A stretch of DNA of 64,000 nt from Malacoraja senta (GCA_038087875.1 CM075983.1:33790001-33854000); one strand, 5' to 3'. Counted from the stretch's first letter, positions 25,133 to 37,129 are shown. Notes: generated by a model not told the origin, from the sequence alone. Translations and numbers: made by a program.

Positions 25133-26167
25133 TTTGACTAAACTGTTAAATTTAACCTCAGTGTAATAACCACTATTGTATGAAATTCAAAACACTGAAT
25201 TCCTGGGTACTGCATCTTTTAAATTTGAAGGTCAGGGTAGGCTGAGGAATTGATTTAATCAAGTTTTTTTAAATCTAGATCATCAAAGTCAAAGAAATCA
25301 GGACATTGCACACATACAAATTCAAATATCTACAAATACCAGCTGGAGCTACATGAATAAAAATTGTGGCTTTCTTCATTAGAAGTAATCTCCATTTCAT
25401 CAGTATTGCTGCTTTCCCTTGGAAATCAGAACTCATCAGAAAGATTATTTCATTAAGCAGCATATACTTTACCACCCATAGTGTGTTCTCATTGCTTTGA
25501 ATGAAAAAAAAACTCTGCCTCATGATATTGAACATTATAAATGTCCAGAAATAATACTGCAGATGTTACATTATATATATTATACATGGAAGCAGTAAAG
25601 CGTTCAGAGAGGGAGGAACTAATTGAGATGATAACTGGAAGGGAATAATTTATCAAAGAATAGTGTTTTTGCATAGCATTTTAATTTTCAGCAAAGTTAC
25701 CTTGACAGATAATTAGCAATATTCAAATCTGTACTTACAGCATTGAAACCTGCCAAATACCTCAGTTATTTAGTATTTCCAACTCAGTACATCATGTTAT
25801 CTCTAAACTGTACCTCACCAATATTGGATGGTACAATGTATCAGGAAAGTGGCCAATGCAATCAGTACAAATTAATTAAATCAGCAATGTTAACAATAGG
25901 GATCAACCGTTAAGGAACTTAAGGTATTTTCAACCTTGTAAGTGGACATAATGTCAGGCAACATAATTGAAGTACAGGGACCAGCGAGCAGTTAATGGAA
26001 AATTAAACTGAAGCAAGGGCAAATAGGCAGATATAAATCTGGTCAGTTTTGTGAGCAGTATGCAATATCTAATGGTCATCTTTCTAGAAAAAAAGTCATG
26101 ATCAAAAGAAAACAAATCCTTTGGGCTAATCTGCCAGAGAAGTTTTCTTAGGTGTGTTTATTATGCA

Positions 26168-27778
26168 CAGTGCATTCAGAAAGTATTCATACTCCTTCAC
26201 CTTTTCCACATTTTGTTACATTACAGCCTTATTCTAAAATGGAGTAAATTCTTTTTTTTAAATCATCAATCTACACACAATACCCCATAATAAAAAATAA
26301 AAAAACTGGTGTTTAGAAATGTTTGGAAAGTAATTTAAAAAAGTAACTGAAATATCACATTTACATAAGTATTCAGACCCTTTACTCAGTACTTTGTTGA
26401 GGCACCTTTGGCAGTGATTACAGCCTCAACTCTTCTTGGGTATGACGCTTCAAGCTTGGCACACCTGTATTTGGGTAATTTCTCCCATTCTTCTCTGCAG
26501 ATCCTCTCAAGCTCTGTCAGGTAGGATGGAGAGCATTGATGCACATCTATTTTCAGGTCCCCCCAAAGATGTTTGATCGGGTTCAAGTCCGGGCTCTGGC
26601 TGGGCCATTCAAGGACATTCACAGACTTGTCACAAAGCCACTCCTGTGTTGTCTTGGCTGTGTGGTTAGGGTTGTTGTCCTGTTGGAAGGTGAACCTCTG
26701 CCCCAGTCTGAGGTCCAGAATGCTCTAGAGCAGGTTTTCATCAAGGATCTCGCTGTACTTTGCTCCGTTCATCTTTCCCTTGATCCTGACTAGTCTCCCA
26801 GTTCCAGCCGCAAAAAAACATCCCCACAGCATGATGCTGCCACCACCATACTTCACCATAGGTATGGTATTGGCCAGGTGATGAGCGGTGCCTGGTTTCC
26901 TCCAGATGTGACGCTTGGCATTCAGGCCAAAGAGTTAAATCTTGGTTACATGAGACCAGAGTATCTTGTTTCTCATGCCTTTTGGCAAACTCCAAGTGGG
27001 CTGTCATGTGCCTTTTACTGAGGAATGGCTTCCGACTGGCCACTCTACCATAAAGGCCGGATTGGTGGAGTGCTGCAGATATAGTTGTCCTTCTGGAAGA
27101 TTCTCCTATCTCTACAGAGGAACTCTGGAGATCTTTCAGAGAGACCATCGGATTCTTGGTTACCTCCCTGACCAAGGCCCTCCTCCCCGATTGCTCAGTT
27201 TGGCTGGGCGGCCAGCTCTATGAAGAGTCCTGGTGGTTCCAAAGTTCTTCCATATAAGAATGATGGAGGCCACTGTGCTCTTTGGGACCTGCAATGCTGC
27301 AGAAATTGTTTTATAACCTTCCCCAGATCTGTGTCTCGACACAATCCTGTCTCGGAGGTATACGGACAATTCCTTCGTCTTCATGGCTTGGTTTTTGCTC
27401 TGACATGCACTGTCAACTGTGGGACCTTATATAGACAGGTGTGTGCCTTTCCAAATCATGTCCAATCAATTTAATTTACCACTGGTGGACCAGTCAAGTT
27501 GTAGAAACATCTCTAGGATAATCAATAGAAACAGGATGAACCCAAGCTCAATTTTGAGTGTCATAGCAAAGAGTCTGAATACTTATGTAAATGTGATATT
27601 TCATTTATTTCTTTTTAATTACTTTGCAATCATTTCTAAACACCTGTTTTTGCTTCTTCATTCTGGGTTATTGTGTGTAGATTGATGATTAAAAAAAAAG
27701 AGTTTAATCCATTTTAAAATAAGGCTGCAACATAACAAAATGTGGAAAAAGTGGTCTGAATATTTCCTGAATGCACTG
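26168..27778 (-). mobile_element. Tc1-family DNA transposon, full length, IR/DR-type TIRs of ~210 bp; transposase pseudogene 27384-26386
   Basis: Ends cagtgcattcagaaagtattca / tgaatatttcctgaatgcactg followed by TA; inner DRs at ~26363 and ~27568; MKTKELS...GRPAKLS, ARRKP-like ASRKP and WPSQSPDLNPIKHLW motifs. Confidence 0.95.
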
Positions 27779-28419
27779 TATGTGATTAAGTCATCGCTCC
27801 GTGATAAAAGATATGTTTTCTCAAATCTATAACTTCAAAAACATTTTGATTTAAGGTTTTATCAGAAGCAGTAACACAAGAAGCTATGTTTTGCAGCATT
27901 GTGTTTGACAACAGCTCTTCCAATTTTATAATCAGCACCTAATATCAATGCTGAAATGTACAAGTTTTTAATGTTAGCTGGTGTTAGAAATAGATTAAAA
28001 TGGTGTGGATAAAATGGGAGTAAAATGCAAATCCTTTCAAGAACTGAGATCAATAAGTAATGGAGAACTCATCACAAACTGTAAGGATCAAGATGTTAAA
28101 ATTTTCAGTCACTGCTACTTAAAAGACACGTTTCAATTCATGTATATCATAATATTTAGTGCTATACAACAACATTGTACTTTCAATCAAGTACGTGCCA
28201 AAGTATTCAGGAATCATGATCTACCAATGAATAGAAGGAAGAACTATGGTCCAGTTTTTAATTGGTAAACAGTAGCAAAGATGGGCAATTTTGTAGAGCT
28301 GTGCACTTTGGACCTTAGGCATGAATCTTCTACATTCAGATATCATTGTCATCTGACTCGAGCATCTTAGGATCCTAAAGTATTTCACGGAGAAAACATC
28401 CAATTAAGAACTCCTGTTT

Positions 28420-29388
28420 GTCATAAGTCAGCAAGAGGTCGATTTTAATAGAATGGTTATGAGAATAAGTTCACAAGAATCATAAAAAAGGACAATAAGA
28501 GCTTCTGTGGGATTATATTGAAGAGTATACTGAAAATTAACATTGTTTCCCTTGAGGGTGAGATAGAGGAATTAATAATGGAAAAAAATAAACAAACACA
28601 GAATGAATATTTTCTATCCAAAAAAATATCCCAATATTGGCAGAAAATCCAGGGGTGAATAGGCCTGACATATTTTCAAAAAGCAATCATTATCACTCAA
28701 GGAAAAGTACACGTCAAACTAATAAAACTAAAGATTGACAAGTCCCCTCAATCTAATGACTTGCATTTGAAAATCTGAAAAGTAGTGGCTGCAACAACAG
28801 TCTATGCATTGGTTGTGAGCTACCTGAATCTCCAAGTCCCAACAGAGTGGAAACCTGCAAAGAGAATTCTCCTGGTCAAGAAAGGAGGGGACCTGAAAAA
28901 GGAAACAGGCCAAATAGTTAGTGGAAAAAGTGCTGGAATACATCATTAAGGAAGTGATAGCAGGACATTGAGAAAATCATCATACAATCTGGCACAAATG
29001 TCATAGTTTCACAAAAAATAAATTATCTCTGACAAATTTACTAGAGTTGTTTGAGGAATTAATAAGCAAGGAAAATTCAAGATTCAAGGCAGTTTATTGT
29101 CATGTGTCCCTGATAGGACAATGAAATTCTTGTGTTGCTTCAGCACAACAGAACATAGTAGGCATGACTACAGAACAGATCAGTGTGTCCATATACCATT
29201 ATATAAATATATACACACATGAATATGGGAAACCAGAATGTTAGTAAAATGCAGTCAATCAGATGCCATATAAAGTATTACTGCATAAGATGTTTATGAC
29301 ATTGAAGATAACATATTTGCATATAGAATGAACTAATAGGAAAGAGAGTCTGGATAAATGGATCATTTGCTAAGGTTCAACTATTTAC
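28420..29388 (+). mobile_element. Old degenerate CR1 LINE, interrupted by DIRS #3 and resuming at ~33935-34035
   Basis: ctaaagattgacaagtccc, aagaaaggaggg, ctctgacaaatttactagagttgtttgagga and caactatttacaa resemble CR1 RT coding sequence. Confidence 0.6.
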
Positions 29389-29907
29389 AATAGGAAGATT
29401 AAACAAGAACTTACCAGTTTGAAGTTTGATCTTTATTTTATGAGGAGTTACGATGAGGGATTACGTGAAGAAGACTGCCAGCCCGCATGCGCGTCAACCT
29501 TCAAAGTAGCGATGTGAAATCACAGATAACAGTTGTTGAACTGATTATAGGAAGATTCGAGAAACTAGAACTACCATTTGACCTTCATGAGAAGAGGGTT
29601 GGGAGCGGAGGGCACGTAATCCTTCATCGTAACTCCTCATAAAATAAAGATTAAACTTCAAACTGGTAAGTTCTCGTTTAATCTTCCTATTTTACTTCGG
29701 AGTCACGTGAGTGACTACATGAAGATTTCAAAGCTCTGTCATTTTGTGCCGCGAACACGAGTCCATGCCACACACTGCATTAGTTGACCAGAGTTCATTG
29801 AAATGATAATGCACTCAGACATGACATAGCTTTAAAACATGCTGATGCTTTTTAATAAACAAATGATATATAAAAAATAATAGTAACTCCTCATATCCGG
29901 GAGTAAA

Positions 29908-30840
29908 CTATAGAACAGAACTTAAAATTGAGTTTGTAAACAGCCCCGGCCTGGCAATGGGTTTGTTATAAAAAGATTGGAATGTTCGCTCATTGGACCA
30001 TCCTGCAGTCGCTAGGATGTGGTCCAGCGGAACGTCCATAACCCTCGCTGCTGATGTTGTTGCAGCCCTGGGGGAGTGAGATTTGAAAACATCAGTGTCC
30101 ACTCCTGCACAAGCCAATACACGCCTTAACCACCTGGAGATGGTCTGCACTGATACCTTCTTGTGTGTTTTTTTATAACTAACAAACATTGCCAGTTCAG
30201 TGCCTCTAAGGTTCTTACTGGCCTTAAAATACTGTTGTATATGTGTGACCACACACAATCGAAAGTCCATAGGGTATGCCATAAATTCTAGTTTTAGACC
30301 TGACACCCCTGGTCTGCTCTGCTTGATTAGCTCATGAATATAAAATGTTATTTTATTGGCAGATGTAACCATTCTGTCCAGCCGCAGTTTATGCAACGAC
30401 TGGACCTGTTGTGCTGAAACCAGCGCCATGAGCATAATCACTTTAAAAGTGAATTTGACCAAAGACAAGGATGTAACTGGAGCCCACTGCCGAAGCATCG
30501 TTAGCACAATGTTGACATCCCATATCTCCGTGTACCTGGGCCTGGGGGGATTTGTGTTGAAGATACCCTTCATGAATCTGGATATCAGCGGGTGAGACCC
30601 GACAGAGTGGTGTCCCGATCCCAGCAACAAGTATGACGACAAGGCACTCCTGGCACAATTAATGGCACTATAACTCAATTTCTCGTCAAAGAACAATTTT
30701 GAGAGAAATTCAAAGACATCAGTTATACGTGCCGTGTCATACATTATGTTGGACTGCGAACAGAACACTTCCCATCTTTTGATATAAGAGATGTACTGCT
30801 TCTTGGTACTATCCCTCCAAGCCGTAGTGATCACGTCCAC
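29908..30840 (-). CDS. DIRS tyrosine recombinase (YR), 310-aa open frame; first catalytic Arg appears mutated to Gln
   Basis: SAQQVQSL (AQRVQ in DIRS #2), FKSHSPRAA (HxxR), AGWS, FYNK. Confidence 0.88.
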   Translation of the reverse strand: MDVITTAWRDSTKKQYISYIKRWEVFCSQSNIMYDTARITDVFEFLSKLFFDEKLSYSAINCARSALSSYLLLGSGHHSVGSHPLISRFMKGIFNTNPPRPRYTEIWDVNIVLTMLRQWAPVTSLSLVKFTFKVIMLMALVSAQQVQSLHKLRLDRMVTSANKITFYIHELIKQSRPGVSGLKLEFMAYPMDFRLCVVTHIQQYFKASKNLRGTELAMFVSYKKTHKKVSVQTISRWLRRVLACAGVDTDVFKSHSPRAATTSAARVMDVPLDHILATAGWSNERTFQSFYNKPIARPGLFTNSILSSVL

Positions 30841-30878
30841 AGTTCAATCTGACAGTCCGAGCCTCAGGAAAGGTCTTC

Positions 30879-31250
30879 TTAAAATCTGCAATTCAATAAA
30901 TTGATTCGATCATGCAGCAGATGGCCCTCCCGAGTCACGGGATGATCCAGCAAATTTCTGCGTTTGGAAATAACCATAAATGGTTCTGTTATCATACCCA
31001 ATATCAGCGGGAACCATTGCTTTGTAGGCCAGTCAGGCACTACCAAAATGCCTGATGCGGAATCTTGCCGGATTTTTTGTAAGCACCGACTGATGAGGCA
31101 AAATGAAGGGAATGCATAGATGAACATTCCTCCCCAGTGAAGCGAGAACGCATCTATCGCCACTGCCCCTGGGTCTGGCTCCCATGCAACATACTTCGGT
31201 AACTGGTGATTGAGCATAGATGCAAACAAAAATGATATCCGGTGTTCCAT
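30879..31250 (-). pseudogene. DIRS pol C-terminal Dam-like (N6-adenine) methyltransferase domain
   Basis: LFASMLNHQLPKY...DAFSLHWGGMFIYAFPSF...ILVVPDWPTKQWFP matches the DLFAS / DAF..W / YAFPP / P.WP..W pattern of the DIRS1 MT domain. Confidence 0.8.
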
Positions 31251-32574
31251 ACCGAGCAACAATGTCGTTAAACACTTTATGATCCAACATCCATTCTGTG
31301 CTGTCATTAAATGTTCGTGACCTGGTGTCCACCACCATATTAAACCTACCTGGCAAATAGGTAGCTGAAATACAAATGTTTCTTTCGATACACCAGTGCC
31401 AAATAAGGTTAGCCAATTTATCACAGGATAATGACTTGATTCCACCCATGTGATTAATGTATGCCACGGCTGTAGTGTTGTCAATCTGTAGTTGAACATG
31501 CAGATTATGCATATTCCCACAATAAGCTTTCAACCCATATAATGCTCCAAGCATCTCTAGGTAGTTAATACCATGTAACTGAAGAATTGATGATTCCACC
31601 CATGTGATTAATGTATGCCATCGCAACTAGTGATGGTATTAGTAGCTCCCCATCCTTGAGCACTAGCATCAGTTTGTAATATAACTGAAGGTTTGCTGAC
31701 CAAAATGTTACTGGAGCTATGCCAAATATTGGTCATCCACCATTGTAACTCAGAAATAGCTTCAGCAGGTAACCGCATAGGCCTGTTAAAATGACCTAAA
31801 TGGTATCTGAGTGCTTGCTCCTTTGCACATTGTAAATTTTGATAATGCAAAGGCCCAAACTGTGCAGCTGGAAAAAACAGCCTCTAATTTGCCAATTATA
31901 CTGGCTACTTGTCGAATAGATGGTTGTTCCATAACAACAAGGTTGTTGCAGGCTTCTATTAATTCTAATCTCTTGCCACAGGGCAGAGTCACAGACATAG
32001 TAATAGAGTTAATGGTAAATCCCAAATAATCAACAACTCTAGATGGTATCAACTTGGATTTAACTGGATGGATGAGAAACCCCAATTTCTCAAACGTGAG
32101 TTTTGTGGCTGAAACAGCTAATTCAGCTAATTTCAGAGTTTTCCCTATGATTAGGATATCATCCAAGTATGCCATGACAATTTGATTTTGAGCTCTAAGT
32201 AGCCCAAGCACTGGTTTCAATAATTTGGTAAACAATCTGGGGGCTGAAGTTAACCCATTGGGCAACGCATTAAACTGCCACAGTTGCCCCATCCAGCTAA
32301 ACATTAAAATATCTCTGGTGATCCCTGTAAATGGGTACTGAATAGTATGCATCTTTGAGATCAATGCATGCCATAACGCATCTTTTGGAAATAATCTACC
32401 ACCAACTTGTAACTGGTCCAAACACCCCATGTTCCGGAAAGAACCAGACCCACCTACCTCCATGGTTACCGGTGGTTCTATGGAAGGCCCAAAGGCCCAT
32501 GATGCAGGTTCTATTTCCACCCCCGAGGTTTGGTGGGTAGGATTGCTGAAGTGTGCGGATTTCGCATCTTCCAC
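31251..32574 (-). pseudogene. pol: DIRS #3 RT-RNaseH, frameshifted, with an N-terminal RT deletion near 32395
   Basis: VGGRL directly abuts the ..IDLKDAY region; YLDD motif present. Confidence 0.85.
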
Positions 32575-32596
32575 GAGGGCCAGCCTGGGCCTTGGA

Positions 32597-33722
32597 CTAA
32601 AAAAGACCTCTGTCCAGAGAATTCAGCTTTTGAGCTGCCACCAGCTCCAGCGAACGGCTTACTGCTGATGGAAGCGTAGGGATGCTGCCGCCGAAATAGC
32701 TGAAAAGGCTAGTTACTGGAGCCTTGATCAGCCCGACAGCATTTGCTTCTTTGTCCAGGTCCTTAACCTGTTTCTGCAGATCTTCTATGAACAGAAAATT
32801 TGGCGGCTGAACATTGCTGGCCCTGCACAATCTCGCAAATTTATGGTTCAATGCGGGTCGGATGGCGTTCTTCCGAAGACTGTTTATTTCGAACTGTGCA
32901 TTGCACATCAACGCCAAGGCATCCTGTTGTACGTCTGATAGGGGTCCCCCATCCACAGACCTGGCGAATGCCGTAATGCCTGACCCCAGCAATTTTAGGA
33001 TTCCCTGGAGCTTCATCTCCTGGGCTTTGATGCCCCCATCCAATATATCCCCAGTTGGAACTGTTCACAGCCGGCACATTGAGTGAAGCACAATTTGCAG
33101 GAGTATGGTACTTAGCGGCTGTTCCCACCATCACCTGTTCCTGCAGCTGGTGTGATGTGAGGTAATTAATGCTTGCAGCTAATTCCTCTTGCAGCGGCTC
33201 ACCTGTTGGCGAGGGTATCGCGAATTTTGAAGCCATGGCAGGTAATTCCTGTGCCTCACATATGTCGTGCATTCTGGTATGCTCCCCAGACATACCTCCA
33301 GATTCCGAGTCAGTCCCTCTTCAGAGTGGGAGACATAGTGCAGCCCTGGAGCAGGCGCTGCCACGGGCCCCCGAGGAGACCTGCGCTGATATAACTCCGT
33401 TCCACGAAGAATATCATGATAGAGCATCCTTTCCATAAGGTGCTCCATCCGGGATTATCGCCCGAAGACGCTATCCATTGTAGGAGGCGAACCCTCCTGG
33501 CCTGACTTGTTCGAGTCAACAGGCCTGTCAGACTTTTTCTTGGCTTTCCCCCCCTTTCGGGGTTGCCAAGGTGCTTTCGGCAAGCACCAAGTCTGAAGTC
33601 GCTGACCGCACCATCAGCGACTCGGGTGGCGAAACCGCCGGCCGCCGGCTACCCACACTCCCGCGGTCCTCCGTAGCTGGTTTCCCCACGGCCTATCTGA
33701 ACTTCGCCCTGGATTTATCCAT
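32597..33722 (-). pseudogene. gag: DIRS #3 gag-like ORF1, frameshifted
   Basis: ATG at 33722 (gaactatcATGgat); fragments KYHTPANCASLNVPAVNSSNW and QDALALMCNAQFEINSLRKNAIRPALN. Confidence 0.7.
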
Positions 33723-34286
33723 GATAGTTCGAACTGGAACTCTGTAATCAAGATTTACAACGAACAAAACGACCTCAGAATAAGTTTAAAACTTACCTGT
33801 AGGGCTTTTAATCTTACCGCTGGAGGAGTGACACGCCTCCCAGCCAGAACGTGCGCCATGCGTTAGACGTATTGACGCGCATGTGGGCTGGCAGGCTTCT
33901 TCACGTAGTCACTCACGTGACACCGAAGTAAAATTCATGTTAGATGAATGGACGAGTATGTCCCAGCCACATTAATTAACAACAGAGTCATGTGGGAAAG
34001 TAAATTGTGGGAAGGATACAAAGAGTCAGCTGAAGAAGAAATAAAAAAATAAAAGCCTGGAGATATTGGAAATTTGAAATACAAACAGAAAATTCTGGAA
34101 ATGCTCAGCAGATCAGGCAGTATCGCTGGAAAGTGAAACATTTTAAACGTTCGTATTAAAGACCCTTCGTCAGAATGAAGTAAAGAATACATGAAGGTTA
34201 GGTTAGTGGGCAAATATTTAGTAGATATGGTAATATGTCTATATTTTCACATTAATGAAATTAGCTCCATTGATAGGAAGAATTAA

Positions 34287-34679
34287 TTCATTTCATTCAT
34301 CATCATTTAAAACATTAGCAACGCAGTGGTGCTGGTTTCCGACGGGAACGGTGATGGACGCACCACACATCTCTGTCCTCCAGTTCCTGCGGACCTCCGC
34401 CGCTGGAAGTATAGGATTTTGGTGTGTGTGCTTTATCATCATTCCTTACAATGCTATGTACAACAGTGATCGCAACTTCTACTGAAGTGTGGCTCGCTAG
34501 AAGCTCATCTGCCCTTTGACAGATCTTGTTTTTGGTCCTGCTGGGGTTCCACAGCCCCCTTATCACCTGGCAAACTAGGCGGTGGAGACGGTTTAGTCAC
34601 CGACTATCCGACCATGGAGCAGGTAGCATGGGATTACATGTTACCCATGGCGGGGGGATCTCCCCCCGACCTGACCAGA
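34287..34679 (-). mobile_element. 5'-truncated LINE (Tx1/L1-like 3' end) with 10-bp TSD
   Basis: TSD gaagaattaa at 34277-34286 and 34680-34689; tandem (TGA)n-type tail; minus ORF 34315-34566 ends just before the tail. Confidence 0.6.
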
Positions 34680-36255
34680 GAAGAATTAAAAAGCAGAATA
34701 TTGTTTAATGGGAGGGAGACTACTGAATGCTGGAACTGTAGGGAGTGCAACCAGAAGTGTCCCACTCATGGTGTAGCAACTGGCTCTGCGACATCCATAT
34801 AGAGTGTTGACATTCCAATACAGCAGGTAATTAGTAAGCAATTAGAATGTTGCCCTTCACTGCAAGTGGGATGGAGTATTAAAGTAGGGAAAACTCAGTG
34901 CCTGCTTATGGTTGAAATTTTGATTTTTGATTTTTGAACTACAATTAATCTATGTCTGATTTAATCTCTAGCTACTGGCGATGGCTCCTTTATAATATTT
35001 TATAATAATCCTATGCATTGAGAAGGAAGATGAGGGTTTTATTGGTGAGAAATTCATGGTGCTGCTGGTTTCACGTTAAAATTGGATTGAAAATAATCAT
35101 ACTAACATAAAGCATAACAAGCATTCAAATCCTACATTATTCCAAATTTAGGTTGTTTGTTCAGTTTATCCTGAAACAATAAAATCGCACTGCTCGTGGT
35201 GCAAATTTCTATATTTGACTGAATGTATAATTATACCATCAGACAACTGATGGTACCTTGCATAATGTGTATAGACACATCCACTGCACACTCTAACTAC
35301 AACACCAGCATTGAATTGCTATGGATTTTGTACAACTTAAAAGGTTGCACAGTGTACTTTGGACTGCACTGTGATTGGGTGGTTTGTTGTGTTGTTGCAT
35401 TAATGTACCTGTTAATCTGCAGCAAACAAGAATTTCATTGTTCTGGTCCTGGTTCTTATGACAATTAAACACTCTTGATTCTTGACCTTTGTGTGATCTA
35501 TGGAAACAGAGCAATTGACCTGGGTCAGTGGAACAGAGAAAATGTTTAAGCTAGGAAAAAGCTAGCACCCATCTTAAAAGGATAAAAATGTAATGAATAT
35601 GTTTAACACTAAATACATAGTTTCTACTTCTAGCATTGTTCCTCGATTACCATTGAAGATCCTCTGTGCAATCCATGTTCTACATAAGAATGTGTAAAAT
35701 GTCCTCTTGACAATCTTTTGTAATGTTGTCTGTAGCTGAGAAAGTACCTGCACTTTAGAAGACCTGCTTAACAAACAGATTTACTACTTACAATGGTCGG
35801 CAAGCAGTACATCAATGTCACCAACACATTGAGATCAATACATACTTCTTTTGCATTAAACTCTGCACAAGGATCATCCTTTAAGTCACAGCTGCCAAGG
35901 AATTAGATTGTGCAGTGGTTGGTTTAATGCTCCAAAGGCCTGAGTGTTGAATCAAACAGCATAAAAACATGATTGTGCCAACATGGGCACATTTAAGCTA
36001 TCTGTGATTTTGACCGTCCATGATCACAATACCCTTTTGAAACATTATGGGAAAGGTAGAGCCTCCTCTTAATAATGATACTTTCAATTATACTTTATTA
36101 TCATATGTACCAAGATACAGTGAAATGTTTTATTTTGTATACTACCATGTAGAATCATAGAGCAGACCTCACCGAGGCAGTACACAAGAGTTGCCACGTT
36201 TTCTGGCGGTGTAAAAGTTGTAAAAGTTCACCGAACAGACTTACCACCCTGTGCA

Positions 36256-37125
36256 GACGTGGCGTCGAAGGACGAGAAGCCGATGCAAAGTGGAAGCCAA
36301 ATAGCTGAACGGAAACGAAGCCGAAACGCCAAATAACCGAAAGTGTACGAAGCCAAAACGCCAACTAACCGAAAAGGTGGGATGCCTCAAAGCAAACTAA
36401 CAGAAAGGGCAGGACGCCTAAAAGCCAACTAACCGAAAGGGTGGGACGCCTAAAAGCAAACTCACCAAAAGGCCGCTCTGCCGAAACACCAACTCACCGA
36501 AAGGCTGCGTCACCTACAAGCCAACTCACCGAATGGCCGCTCTGCTGGAAAGTCAAATAACGGACATGACGTCGCTGGGGGGGGGGGGGGGGGGGGGACG
36601 GGACTTGTCAGCGATTGGTCCAGACCCAAGTAATAGGTGACTGGGCACCCTGAATCCGAGCACCAAATTGTAAGCGGCCGAAGGAGCGCATCCCTCGGGA
36701 CAGCTCCCACTCTCCCACGGCCACGTCCGCCTTGTCTCCCCCATGCGGCCGCACTGTGATGGGCTGTGTGTCTGCAGCGCCGGTTGGAGCATAGGTGTGG
36801 GACGGCCCTGGCCGTGGGAGAGTGGGGGCTGTCCCGAGGGATGCGCTCGGGACAGACACCCACCCTCCCGTCTTCCCCGGCCAGTGATGGGATGGATGCG
36901 GGGGTCTGGACCAATCGCTGACAAGTCCCGCCCCCCAGAGACGTCATGTCCGACTTTTCGGCAGAGTGGTCATTCGGTGAGTTGGCTTGCAGGTGATGCA
37001 GCCAATCGGAGAGTTGGCATTTCGGCAGAGCTGCTCTTCAGTGAGGTTGCTTTTAGGCATCCCACCCTTTCGGTTATTTGACTTCCACTTCTTTGCTTCG
37101 GCTTCTCGTCCTTCGATGCCACGTC
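36256..37125. mobile_element. Non-autonomous foldback-type DNA element with ~55-bp TIRs, subterminal repeat arrays and nested internal inverted repeats
   Basis: gacgtggcgtcgaaggacgagaagccg / cggcttctcgtccttcgatgccacgtc; inner inverted pairs ~36600-36627 with ~36902-36929 and ~36684-36722 with ~36810-36848. Confidence 0.8.
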
Positions 37126-37129
37126 CGGG

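Larger units (their letters stand above)
29389..33934 (-). mobile_element. DIRS1-type retrotransposon #3, the best preserved copy (gag, RT, RNaseH, MT, YR)
   Basis: Termini aataggaagattaaac... and ...cacgtgacaccgaagtaaaat; ICR ~29614-29724; RT QFNALPNGLTSAPRLFTK / AYLDDILI; RNaseH QTDAS, INYLEM, IDNTTAVAYINHMGG. Confidence 0.95.
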
